Source of the DNA: an uncultured Clostridia bacterium
GTDB lineage: Bacteria; Bacillota; Clostridia; Christensenellales; UBA1242
Assembly: GCA_944381155.1 (NCBI GenBank)
Contig: CALWKA010000002.1
Span: 40,939-104,938, forward strand
Length of the DNA stretch: 64,000 nucleotides
Direction of reading: 5' to 3'
Position numbers and translations under genes: made by a program. The notes below the pieces were generated by a model. That model did not search any database, was not told the origin of the DNA, and worked only from the letters and a program-made list of their open reading frames with translations. Below, in pieces: positions 35,594 to 43,673 of the stretch; position 1 is the stretch's first letter, and the number at the start of each line of letters is the position of its first letter.

Positions 35594-35733
35594 ATTGCTA
35601 GTTAAAGAATTTCAATACAATATTTTCTTCTTTATCATTGACTTCCTACTAAAAAATTACAAAGAAAAAACTATTGACCGCATTTTGCTCTTATTAGTTT
35701 CTGTCGAAAGACAAATCTAATAAGGAGATAAAT

Positions 35734-35886
35734 ATGGATTGGTATGATTTAGGTTATGAATTATTACACGATTGTTACGAAATTCCAGAATCATTAGAAA
35801 GTTATATAGACTATGAAAAGTTTGGCAAAGAAGTTGGTTATGACGGATATGCCGAATACAGCGATGGAATAATTGCTGTTAGATAA
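35734..35886 (+). CDS. 50-aa ORF resembling the C-terminal part of ArdA-type antirestriction proteins; possibly a fragment
   Basis: AAGGAG Shine-Dalgarno. MDWYDLGYELLHDCYEIPESLESYIDYEKFGKEVGYDGYAEYSDGIIAVR. Acidic, with a DYEKFG..VG..GY pattern. Confidence 0.35.
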   Translation: MDWYDLGYELLHDCYEIPESLESYIDYEKFGKEVGYDGYAEYSDGIIAVR

Positions 35887-35896
35887 GGAGTAAATT

Positions 35897-36159
35897 ATGA
35901 ATATATTAAAAAATTATATAGTGGTAAAATTTCTGAAATAAACCGAATATCTATAGCAGTACCTAAAAAATTAAAAGAAAAAGAACTTAATGCTTATGAT
36001 ACTTTAAAAGGATGCCTTTCAAAAGAAGATTTTAAAATATTTGAAGATTTTTTAGAATTGTATGGAGAACGAAAAGGCGTTGAATTAGAAGAAAAGTATA
36101 TTCAAGGCTTTAAAACAGAAATATTGATTGGTATTGAATGTAGTAAAATTAAATTATAA
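35897..36159 (+). pseudogene. Small conjugative-element-associated gene needing a -1 frameshift at A_AAA_AAT
   Basis: The ATG with an AAGGAG Shine-Dalgarno opens a 14-codon frame. The -1 frame, which has no start codon, continues for 87 codons (..LYSGKISEINR...EDFLELYGERKGVELEEKYIQGF..). Confidence 0.45.
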
Positions 36160-36198
36160 AAATAAGCCGGGAGTAAAACTCTCGGCTTATTCTATATA

Positions 36199-36771
36199 TC
36201 AATTTTTAATATTCTTGGCATTTTTTGGATACGCATACCAATCTTCCATTATTTTTTCTACACTTAATTGCGTTTCAGGATTGACAGATTTTATCCTGTC
36301 AATTAAAGCATTCAACAATCTTTCTATCTGTTTTTTTGTAAAAAAGTTTATCCAAATTCTTTTTAATTTTCCACTTTTTGTTTTGAATTCTAAAAATTTG
36401 CTTGTAGGACTAGCAAATAAATTTATATGTAAAACTTGTTTTTTGGAATTGCGAGTGCTGGATATTATCTTTATGTCTTCAATGTCTGTATAATTTATTT
36501 GTATTTTATATTGAATTTGATCGCTTTTGAATAGTCTAAATTCTCCTTTTGTATAAATCGCTTGTTCAAATATTTTTATATTATAAGAGAAATATACTAT
36601 CATTTCACAAATAGCCATAATTGATACTAATAAAAATATTATTAACCATAAGAGTGTTATATAATCTACTATGAATAGATAAATACTACAAACTAATATT
36701 GTTATTGAAATTGAAAGAAACAATATTCTCATAAACCAAATAGGAATTGAATTTGGGATAAACTTTTTCAT
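36199..36771 (-). CDS. Hypothetical membrane protein (two N-terminal TM helices plus a soluble domain)
   Basis: AAAGGAG Shine-Dalgarno. 190 aa. No recognisable motif. Confidence 0.45.
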   Translation of the reverse strand: MKKFIPNSIPIWFMRILFLSISITILVCSIYLFIVDYITLLWLIIFLLVSIMAICEMIVYFSYNIKIFEQAIYTKGEFRLFKSDQIQYKIQINYTDIEDIKIISSTRNSKKQVLHINLFASPTSKFLEFKTKSGKLKRIWINFFTKKQIERLLNALIDRIKSVNPETQLSVEKIMEDWYAYPKNAKNIKN

Positions 36772-37042
36772 ATATCTCCTTTTAGAAAGAACGCGCCAAA
36801 CTTGATGGCAAACCTGTAATCCATTCTAGTGAAAATAACTTAAATATTGATTTTAATGAAATCCTACCTTATATTAAGAAAATACATTCTCTGTTATATA
36901 AACAATAAACCTATTTATATTGCTGATATCATTATAATCGAAATCTTCTCCAATGTCAACATATTCTATTGTATTTGAGTCAGTTTCGACAAGATATTTT
37001 ATTTTTTGATTTCCCCCAACCAAAGACAATAAAACGAACCAA

Positions 37043-37125
37043 ATATAGTTCGTTTTTCTTAATGAGTAGTCAATACGATTTATTTTTTATAAATAAGTAG
37101 TCAATATAGTTCGTTTTTCTCAATG
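37043..37125. repeat. 22-bp direct repeat ATATAGTTCGTTTTTCT(T/C)AATG x2, a third degenerate copy, and AGTAGTCAATA x2
   Basis: Copies at 37043-37064 and 37104-37125 are 21/22 identical. Degenerate copy near 37134. Palindrome AAAACGAAC-N8-GTTCGTTTT at 37030-37055. Confidence 0.75.
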
Positions 37126-37265
37126 CGCCCAAAATATCGTTCGTTTTCTTTTATTCTGCTCTATTCCCTTATATCTTTGCCCCCATTTTTGCACTTATCA
37201 ATAAAAATTTTAATTTTGTGGTTGATTTTTTGTTTTTCGTGATATAATTATACCCGAGGTGAATT

Positions 37266-38570
37266 ATGAACGATTTTAAAACAATTCCTATTACTTTAGT
37301 CACTGGTTATTTAGGAAGCGGAAAAACTACTTTGCTCAATCACATTTTGACAAACACGAAAGGATATAAAGTGGCTGTCATTGTAAACGACATAGGCGAA
37401 GTGAATATTGATGCAGATTTGATTGAAAAAGGTGGCGTCGTAAATAAAAAAGAAGAAAGTCTTGTCGCCCTTCAAAATGGCTGTATCTGTTGCACTTTGC
37501 GTAAAGATTTGATTGAGCAGATTCACGACATAGTAAAGCAACGAAAATTCGATCACATAATTATTGAAGCAAGCGGTATATGCGAGCCAATTCCTATTGC
37601 TCAAACTATAAATTTTTTGACAGAAAGTTTCAAAGCAAAAAAAATGCCGATTTACTGCAAACTTGATGCGATCATCAGCGTTGTAGACACTCTACGAATG
37701 GTGCAAGAATTTGGATGTGGCGACGAACTGGTAAAACAAAATATAAGCGAAGAAGATATTGAAAATCTAGTTATTCAACAGATTGAATTTTGCGATATTT
37801 TGATTATGAATAAAGTGAGCGAAGTCAGCAAGGATGAATTGAATAGAGTCAAGAAAATCATAAAAAGTTTACAACCAAAAGCAAAATTAATTGAAACTGA
37901 TTATTCAAATGTGGATATATCAAAAATCTTGGATACCAACCTTTTTGATATGGAAAATCTTTTGACTTCATCCGGCTGGTTCCAAGAATTGGACAAAGAT
38001 ATTGAAGATATCAAAAAAGAAAATGCCGACTTTGAAGATAGTCACAATCATCACGACGATGACCACAATGACGATCACGAACACTCTCACGACGATCACG
38101 AACACTCTCACGACGATCACGAACACTCTCACGACGATCACGAACGCTCTCACGACGATCACGAACACTCACATCAACACCACCATCACGATGAAGGCGG
38201 TGAGACAGAAGAATACGGAATCGGCACTTTCGTATATTTTAGGCGCAAACCATTTGACAGATTAAAATTTGAAGATTGGGCAAACAAAGATTATGGCAAG
38301 CAAATCATCCGAACAAAAGGATTAGTATATTTTTCAGACAACTTACGCACTGCATATCTATACGAGCAAGCGGGCAAGCAAAAAGTGCTGACAGACAATG
38401 GTCCGTGGTACGCCACATATCCAAGATATCAAATAGAGCAATTGCTAGCAAACGATGAAAAATTCAGATCAGATTGGGACGAATCGTATGGAGATAGAAT
38501 GATAAAATTAGTCTTCATCGGTCAACATATTGACAAGAAAAAAATTAGTGACGAACTAGATAAAATTTAA
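37266..38570 (+). CDS. COG0523-family (CobW/YjiA/ZigA-like) metallochaperone GTPase with a His/Asp-rich insert
   Basis: P-loop GYLGSGKTT, metal-binding GCICCT, His-rich block DSHNHHDDDHNDDHEHSHDD(HEHSHDD)n...HQHHHHDE. Confidence 0.85.
   Translation: MNDFKTIPITLVTGYLGSGKTTLLNHILTNTKGYKVAVIVNDIGEVNIDADLIEKGGVVNKKEESLVALQNGCICCTLRKDLIEQIHDIVKQRKFDHIIIEASGICEPIPIAQTINFLTESFKAKKMPIYCKLDAIISVVDTLRMVQEFGCGDELVKQNISEEDIENLVIQQIEFCDILIMNKVSEVSKDELNRVKKIIKSLQPKAKLIETDYSNVDISKILDTNLFDMENLLTSSGWFQELDKDIEDIKKENADFEDSHNHHDDDHNDDHEHSHDDHEHSHDDHEHSHDDHERSHDDHEHSHQHHHHDEGGETEEYGIGTFVYFRRKPFDRLKFEDWANKDYGKQIIRTKGLVYFSDNLRTAYLYEQAGKQKVLTDNGPWYATYPRYQIEQLLANDEKFRSDWDESYGDRMIKLVFIGQHIDKKKISDELDKI
38073..38171 (+). 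repeat. In-frame 21-bp tandem repeat (about 4.7 copies) encoding DHEHSHD units
   Basis: GATCACGAACACTCTCACGAC repeated head-to-tail. One copy carries an A>G change (H>R). Confidence 0.9.
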
Positions 38571-38959
38571 TATTAGCATATTTAAAAAATTAATAAATTT
38601 ATAAATAGCAACCTATAGTCAAATAATAATCTATCATTAATTAATTAAAAATAATTTATTGTTAAAAATTAATGACAAAAAATAAAATTTATTTATTCAT
38701 ATAATTTGCAAATATCTTAAACTCACTAATTTTCAAATATTTATATAAATTATTTATAATTAATTTAATAATGTTTAAAAAATTAATAAAAAACAAAAAA
38801 TTACAAAAAAATGCATAAATTATTATAAAAAATAGTGAATTTTATTTAATTTTAAAAATTTTATTAATTATTAATAAAAAATCTCTGCCCAACGAACATC
38901 GTTCAATACTGACAGAGATTTTTATATAATTAATTCAAATGAAAATTTAAAAAATAATT

Positions 38960-39610
38960 TTATTGCGAATATCCGCTTCGAAAATCATAACAAGTTTTCT
39001 TCTCCTCTTCAAAACTATCTAGGATTTCATTTAGTCCTGCTAAACGATTTTCATTAAGTTGTTTGATATCATTTCTTGTCATTTTATATTTAGTAAGTTT
39101 GCGCTTGTCCTGACCATTATAATGATATTCTGGAAATTCAAATTGCTCACCAAGCCTTGCTTGAACACGCTTTTTAAATTCTTGATTCTTTCTCAATGCT
39201 TCATTCTCTTTTTGAAATCCAAAACTATCAACGAACCAATTGATACTTTCAAGCGTGTAAACATTGTCATTCAAATAAATTGCTTTCAAAAATTCCATTC
39301 TAAAAGTTTTATTTCGCTTCAAATTTTCGTTCACAAAATGATAAAAATAATTAAAACAATTTTGCGGATTTGGTGAAATTGATGCACAATGCAACAAAAA
39401 TTCTGCATCGTCCATTAAAATTGCAAAATTTTCAAGCGACTTATGGTCAAACATCTCTACAATCTTATATCCATACTCCCTGCATTCTCTACCACACGGC
39501 TTGATTGCCCTACCCGCAAGCGCATTGCCTTGTGCCCGTTTGAATCCGCCAGCATCTACGAATCTACGGAATCGAACCCTTTCTTTTTCAAACAAGTTAT
39601 CTTCTATCAT
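38960..39610 (-). CDS. Hypothetical protein
   Basis: Start chosen at the ATG preceded by AAGGTGG (MIEDNLFEKE...). No recognisable family. Confidence 0.45.
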   Translation of the reverse strand: MIEDNLFEKERVRFRRFVDAGGFKRAQGNALAGRAIKPCGRECREYGYKIVEMFDHKSLENFAILMDDAEFLLHCASISPNPQNCFNYFYHFVNENLKRNKTFRMEFLKAIYLNDNVYTLESINWFVDSFGFQKENEALRKNQEFKKRVQARLGEQFEFPEYHYNGQDKRKLTKYKMTRNDIKQLNENRLAGLNEILDSFEEEKKTCYDFRSGYSQ

Positions 39611-39629
39611 CTCAACCACCTTTGATCGA

Positions 39630-39658
39630 ATCATATCATTGAAAGACGATCTTGTCAA
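39630..39658 (-). promoter_or_regulatory. Promoter of the 38960-39610 gene
   Basis: Minus strand: TTGACA (39658-39653), 17-nt spacer, TATGAT (39635-39630). Confidence 0.55.
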
Positions 39659-39720
39659 TAGCAAATTAAAATTAAATCTACGAAAAATTTTGTCTAGACA
39701 AAAAATTTGATTTACAAATA

Positions 39721-39748
39721 TTGAAAAATCTTTCTAATGTGATATAAT
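39721..39748 (+). promoter_or_regulatory. Promoter of pth-mfd; its predicted +1 coincides with the pth ATG
   Basis: TTGAAA (39721-39726), 16-nt spacer, TGaTATAAT (hexamer 39743-39748), then 6 nt to ATG 39755. Confidence 0.55.
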
Positions 39749-39754
39749 AAGGGT

Positions 39755-40294
39755 ATGAAGATTATAGTAGGATTAGGCAACCCAGAAGGAAAATATAATA
39801 ACACATACCACAATGTTGGATTTTCGGTGTTAGACTTTTTTGCCAAGAAAAATGGGTTGAAGTTTAACAAAAACAAATGCAGAGCTATACTTGCCTTTGG
39901 TGACGATTTTATTTTGGCAAAACCACAAACCTATATGAATTTGTCTGGAGATAGCGTGTATGAATTGAAAAAATATTTCAAAGTGCCACTTTTTGACATA
40001 TTAATAGTGCTAGATGATATTGACCTTCCAAAAGGAAAAATTAGATTCCGTATGGCAGGATCTGCTGGCACACATAATGGACTTCGAGATATAGTAAACA
40101 AAGTGGGCTCTACTCCGCGACTAAAAATCGGAATCGGCAGAGATGAAAATATGAATTTGGCAGACTATGTGCTTTCCACAATTGACAGCAAAAGCAAAGA
40201 GATTTTGTCAGTTTCGTACGCCACAGCATCCGATTTGATCGAAAAATTTATTAATGGAGAATTATGTCAAGACCAAACAATTTGTCTGAACTAA
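39755..40294 (+). CDS. pth: Peptidyl-tRNA hydrolase
   Basis: GLGNPEGKYNNTYHNVGF and AGTHNGLRD motifs. Confidence 0.9.
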   Translation: MKIIVGLGNPEGKYNNTYHNVGFSVLDFFAKKNGLKFNKNKCRAILAFGDDFILAKPQTYMNLSGDSVYELKKYFKVPLFDILIVLDDIDLPKGKIRFRMAGSAGTHNGLRDIVNKVGSTPRLKIGIGRDENMNLADYVLSTIDSKSKEILSVSYATASDLIEKFINGELCQDQTICLN

Positions 40295-43200
40295 TAAACA
40301 AACAGCCAATATTTTGCAACAATTTAGGATTTGGAGAGCAGGGTGCAATTTTGTCCGAACTAAACTCTGCAATTTTTCTCTGCCCTGATATAGAAAAATC
40401 AAATGATATGAGCGCGCAATTGTCCGCTTTGGGAAAAGAAAATGTCGTAATCAACGATTTTGATAAACCATTTACTATCTCCAAATTTTCAAGTTCGGAC
40501 AGCAAATATGATTTAATAAAAGCGCTATTCAAAATTTCTAGTTCTGATATAATTTTGATATCCACTCCTCGAATCCTTTTTTCTTTCCTACCCGACATTC
40601 AACAATTTAAAGACAGCATTATTGAAATAAAAAAGAATGATGATTTTGACATAATTGAATTGGAAAAGCGTCTAATTCAATTGGGATACAAAAAATCAGA
40701 GACAGTGACATACAAAGGTGAATTTTCTAGGCGCGGAGATGTTTTAGATATATTCAATGTGGTGGACGACACACCCACCCGTATTGATTTTTTTGACACA
40801 TTAGTTGACGATATATATAGATTTGATTTTCTTACCTTTGAGCATACTGAAAAATTGAACAAAATAAAGATTGCACCCAATAAATTGAATTTTTTTGACA
40901 ATAATAAAATGATTTCAAAATTAACTAAATTCAAATTATATAACAACATATTTTTCGACCTTATAAACACGATTGAACGATCTGAAGATGTTCCGCTAGA
41001 ATTTTTATATCCTTTTTCTGACAGCATTAATACCATAGCCGAAATTGATTATCCAATAATTATTTCTAATGAAATTGAATTTGAAAATATATATTCAGAA
41101 TTTGAAAAAACTTTTTTTGAAAAAATAAATTTGATATTTAAAAATGAAAATATTGCAAAAATTTATAAAAATAGCGAAAAAATACTTAAAATAAGCGATT
41201 TTTATGCTAAATATTTGAATAAATTAATTTTTTTTGACAATTACGACCTGAACAATTCCGATTTAAAAAATAAATTAAAATCGGAAAAAATTATTTCTAT
41301 AAATTATAATACAAAAAATTTCCCGTCTTTTTTATACAATTTGGAATCGCTACAATTAGAGCTGAATAAGTATAAAGAAAAAAAAATATATTTGTGCCTA
41401 TCCAATCTAGACACACTAAATTCAATCAAAAAAATTTTTACCGAACGAAACATTGCGTTTTCTACCAACAAAAATTCTAAAGGAATCATTCTGACAAATC
41501 TAAACATTCCATTCAATATTTGTTTTCTGGATGAAGAAAAATTTTACATAGGTAGCACAAATTTTGCACATAAAAAAGAGCCAATAAAACACACGAATCA
41601 AACCATCAAATATCTACCAAAAGCGGGCGAATATGTGGTGCACTCCACTTATGGTATCGGAAAGTGCGAAGGTATTGTCAATATGCAAGTGTCCGGCGTG
41701 GACAAAGAGTTTTTCAAAATCAGTTATCGTGGAAATGACATTCTTTATGTACCTTATGAAAACGCGGATCAATTATCGCTATATATGACTGAAGGGAGCA
41801 ATGTCACGCTGAACAAGTTGGGTGGCAAAGAATTTTACAACGAAAAATTGAAAGCAATTAAATCGATTGAAGATATGAGCAAAGATCTATTGGAGTTGTA
41901 TGCCAAGCGAAAATCTGTAAAGGGATTCAAATATAGCGAAGACGATTATTTATACACCGAATTTGAAAACGCGTTTGAATTCACCGAAACTGCGGATCAA
42001 CTTCAAGCGATAGCGGATGTAAAAAATGATATGTGTTCGGGCAAAGTTATGGATCGACTAATCTGCGGGGATGTCGGATTCGGCAAAACAGAAGTTGCTA
42101 TGCGTGCACTTTTCAAAGCGGTTGAAAACAATAAGCAGGTAGCCATCCTTGCCCCCACTACAATATTAAGTTTGCAACATTACAATACTGCCAGCAAGCG
42201 CACGAAAGACTTTGGAGTTAGCGTTCAGATGCTAAACCGCTTCCGCACTAGCAAAGAACAAAAACAAATTTTAGAGGATCTTTCAAGCGGGAAATTGAAT
42301 GTCATTTGCGGTACGCACAGACTGCTATCAAAAGATGTTAAATTCAAAAACTTGGGGCTACTGATTCTTGACGAAGAACAACGCTTTGGCGTAAAGGCAA
42401 AAGAGCAAATCAAACAGATGAAAACAAATGTTGATGTGCTAACTCTTTCTGCCACCCCTATCCCGCGAACTTTGAGTATGTCACTTATGGCGATACGCGA
42501 CATTAGCATTATCAACACCCCACCTGTAAATAGACTGCCTGTCAAAACTTATGTGATGACATACAACGAAGATGTGGTGGTGAACGCAATTCAAGATGAA
42601 CTAGCTCGTGATGGTCAAACTCTGATTGTGTACAACAATATTGAAAAAATATATTCACTAACAAACCGATTAAAATCTTTAGTGAACAATGAAAAAGCAC
42701 ACTTTGATGTGGCGCACGGTCAGATGAGCGAACAGGCGCTGGAAAATTCAATAAAACGCTTGTATGACAAAGAGACAAATGTCTTCGTCTCCACCACACT
42801 GATTGAAAATGGTATAGATTTGCCACGCGCAAACACATTGATCGTGATAGATAGCGACAAATTGGGATTGAGCCAGATGTATCAACTGCGCGGACGCGTG
42901 GGACGAAACGATGAGCAAGCGTACGCGTATTTTACTTATGACAAGGAAAAAACTCTGACTATCGAAGCGTCCAACAGATTGCAAGCGATTGCCGAAAACA
43001 CAGATTTAGGGAGCGGATTCAAAATTGCGATGCGGGATATGCAGATTCGCGGTGCGGGCGAACTGTTAGGAAAAGTGCAACACGGTCATATGTTAAAAAT
43101 AGGTTATGACACATACGCCCACCTTCTAAACGAAACCATCAAGCGATTAAAAGGCGAAAAAGTGGAAAGTTCAAGAGAAGTAAAACTAGACATTGCCATT

Positions 43201-43599
43201 ACTTCAAAGATTCCAAGTTCGTTTATTTCAGACGAAGCGGAACGATTAAAAATTATTGCAAAAATTTCAAATATTATTGATAAAACGAGTGCCAAATCTG
43301 TGTTGAACGAACTCATAATCAATTATGGAAAACTGCCAAAAGAGATATACAATTTGACCAATCTTGCCATAATCAAAGCGTATGCAAAGAAAAATAATGT
43401 TAAGACAATCACCATTACAAAAAATCGTATGACGATTGTCTATTATGAAGATATAGATATCAAAAAATTGATGTCAAAAGTGAATAAATTTTCGCACTTT
43501 AAATTCGAAAATACTTCACTTCCTACAATTTCTTTGAATCCGCAATATTTCAGCGTCCAAACCGCGATGAATTATATGATTGAATATCTTAATAATTAG
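40264..43599 (+). CDS. mfd: Transcription-repair coupling factor
   Basis: CarD-like domain, helicase motifs GDVGFGKTEVA and LDEEQRFG, TRG motif region. Overlaps the pth end by 31 nt. Confidence 0.9.
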   Translation: MSRPNNLSELINKQPIFCNNLGFGEQGAILSELNSAIFLCPDIEKSNDMSAQLSALGKENVVINDFDKPFTISKFSSSDSKYDLIKALFKISSSDIILISTPRILFSFLPDIQQFKDSIIEIKKNDDFDIIELEKRLIQLGYKKSETVTYKGEFSRRGDVLDIFNVVDDTPTRIDFFDTLVDDIYRFDFLTFEHTEKLNKIKIAPNKLNFFDNNKMISKLTKFKLYNNIFFDLINTIERSEDVPLEFLYPFSDSINTIAEIDYPIIISNEIEFENIYSEFEKTFFEKINLIFKNENIAKIYKNSEKILKISDFYAKYLNKLIFFDNYDLNNSDLKNKLKSEKIISINYNTKNFPSFLYNLESLQLELNKYKEKKIYLCLSNLDTLNSIKKIFTERNIAFSTNKNSKGIILTNLNIPFNICFLDEEKFYIGSTNFAHKKEPIKHTNQTIKYLPKAGEYVVHSTYGIGKCEGIVNMQVSGVDKEFFKISYRGNDILYVPYENADQLSLYMTEGSNVTLNKLGGKEFYNEKLKAIKSIEDMSKDLLELYAKRKSVKGFKYSEDDYLYTEFENAFEFTETADQLQAIADVKNDMCSGKVMDRLICGDVGFGKTEVAMRALFKAVENNKQVAILAPTTILSLQHYNTASKRTKDFGVSVQMLNRFRTSKEQKQILEDLSSGKLNVICGTHRLLSKDVKFKNLGLLILDEEQRFGVKAKEQIKQMKTNVDVLTLSATPIPRTLSMSLMAIRDISIINTPPVNRLPVKTYVMTYNEDVVVNAIQDELARDGQTLIVYNNIEKIYSLTNRLKSLVNNEKAHFDVAHGQMSEQALENSIKRLYDKETNVFVSTTLIENGIDLPRANTLIVIDSDKLGLSQMYQLRGRVGRNDEQAYAYFTYDKEKTLTIEASNRLQAIAENTDLGSGFKIAMRDMQIRGAGELLGKVQHGHMLKIGYDTYAHLLNETIKRLKGEKVESSREVKLDIAITSKIPSSFISDEAERLKIIAKISNIIDKTSAKSVLNELIINYGKLPKEIYNLTNLAIIKAYAKKNNVKTITITKNRMTIVYYEDIDIKKLMSKVNKFSHFKFENTSLPTISLNPQYFSVQTAMNYMIEYLNN

Positions 43600-43673
43600 T
43601 GAAAATTCTTGCTTTTTATTATATTTTATAATATAATAGTCAATGATATTATTATACTTACTAGGAGATTAAA

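Noticed and set aside
37200-37265. Zur/Fur-type operator in the COG0523 promoter
   Set aside because: The segment TCGTGATATAATTATAC has only weak dyad symmetry and does not match the TCGTAAT-N-ATTACGA type box I know. The call is left open rather than made.
38002-38265. 87-aa alternative-frame ORF (TITNTLTT repeats) and the 66-aa minus-strand ORF across the His-rich repeat
   Set aside because: These are frame-shifted readings of the 21-bp tandem repeat inside the COG0523 gene. The His/Asp frame is continuous with conserved GTPase domains.
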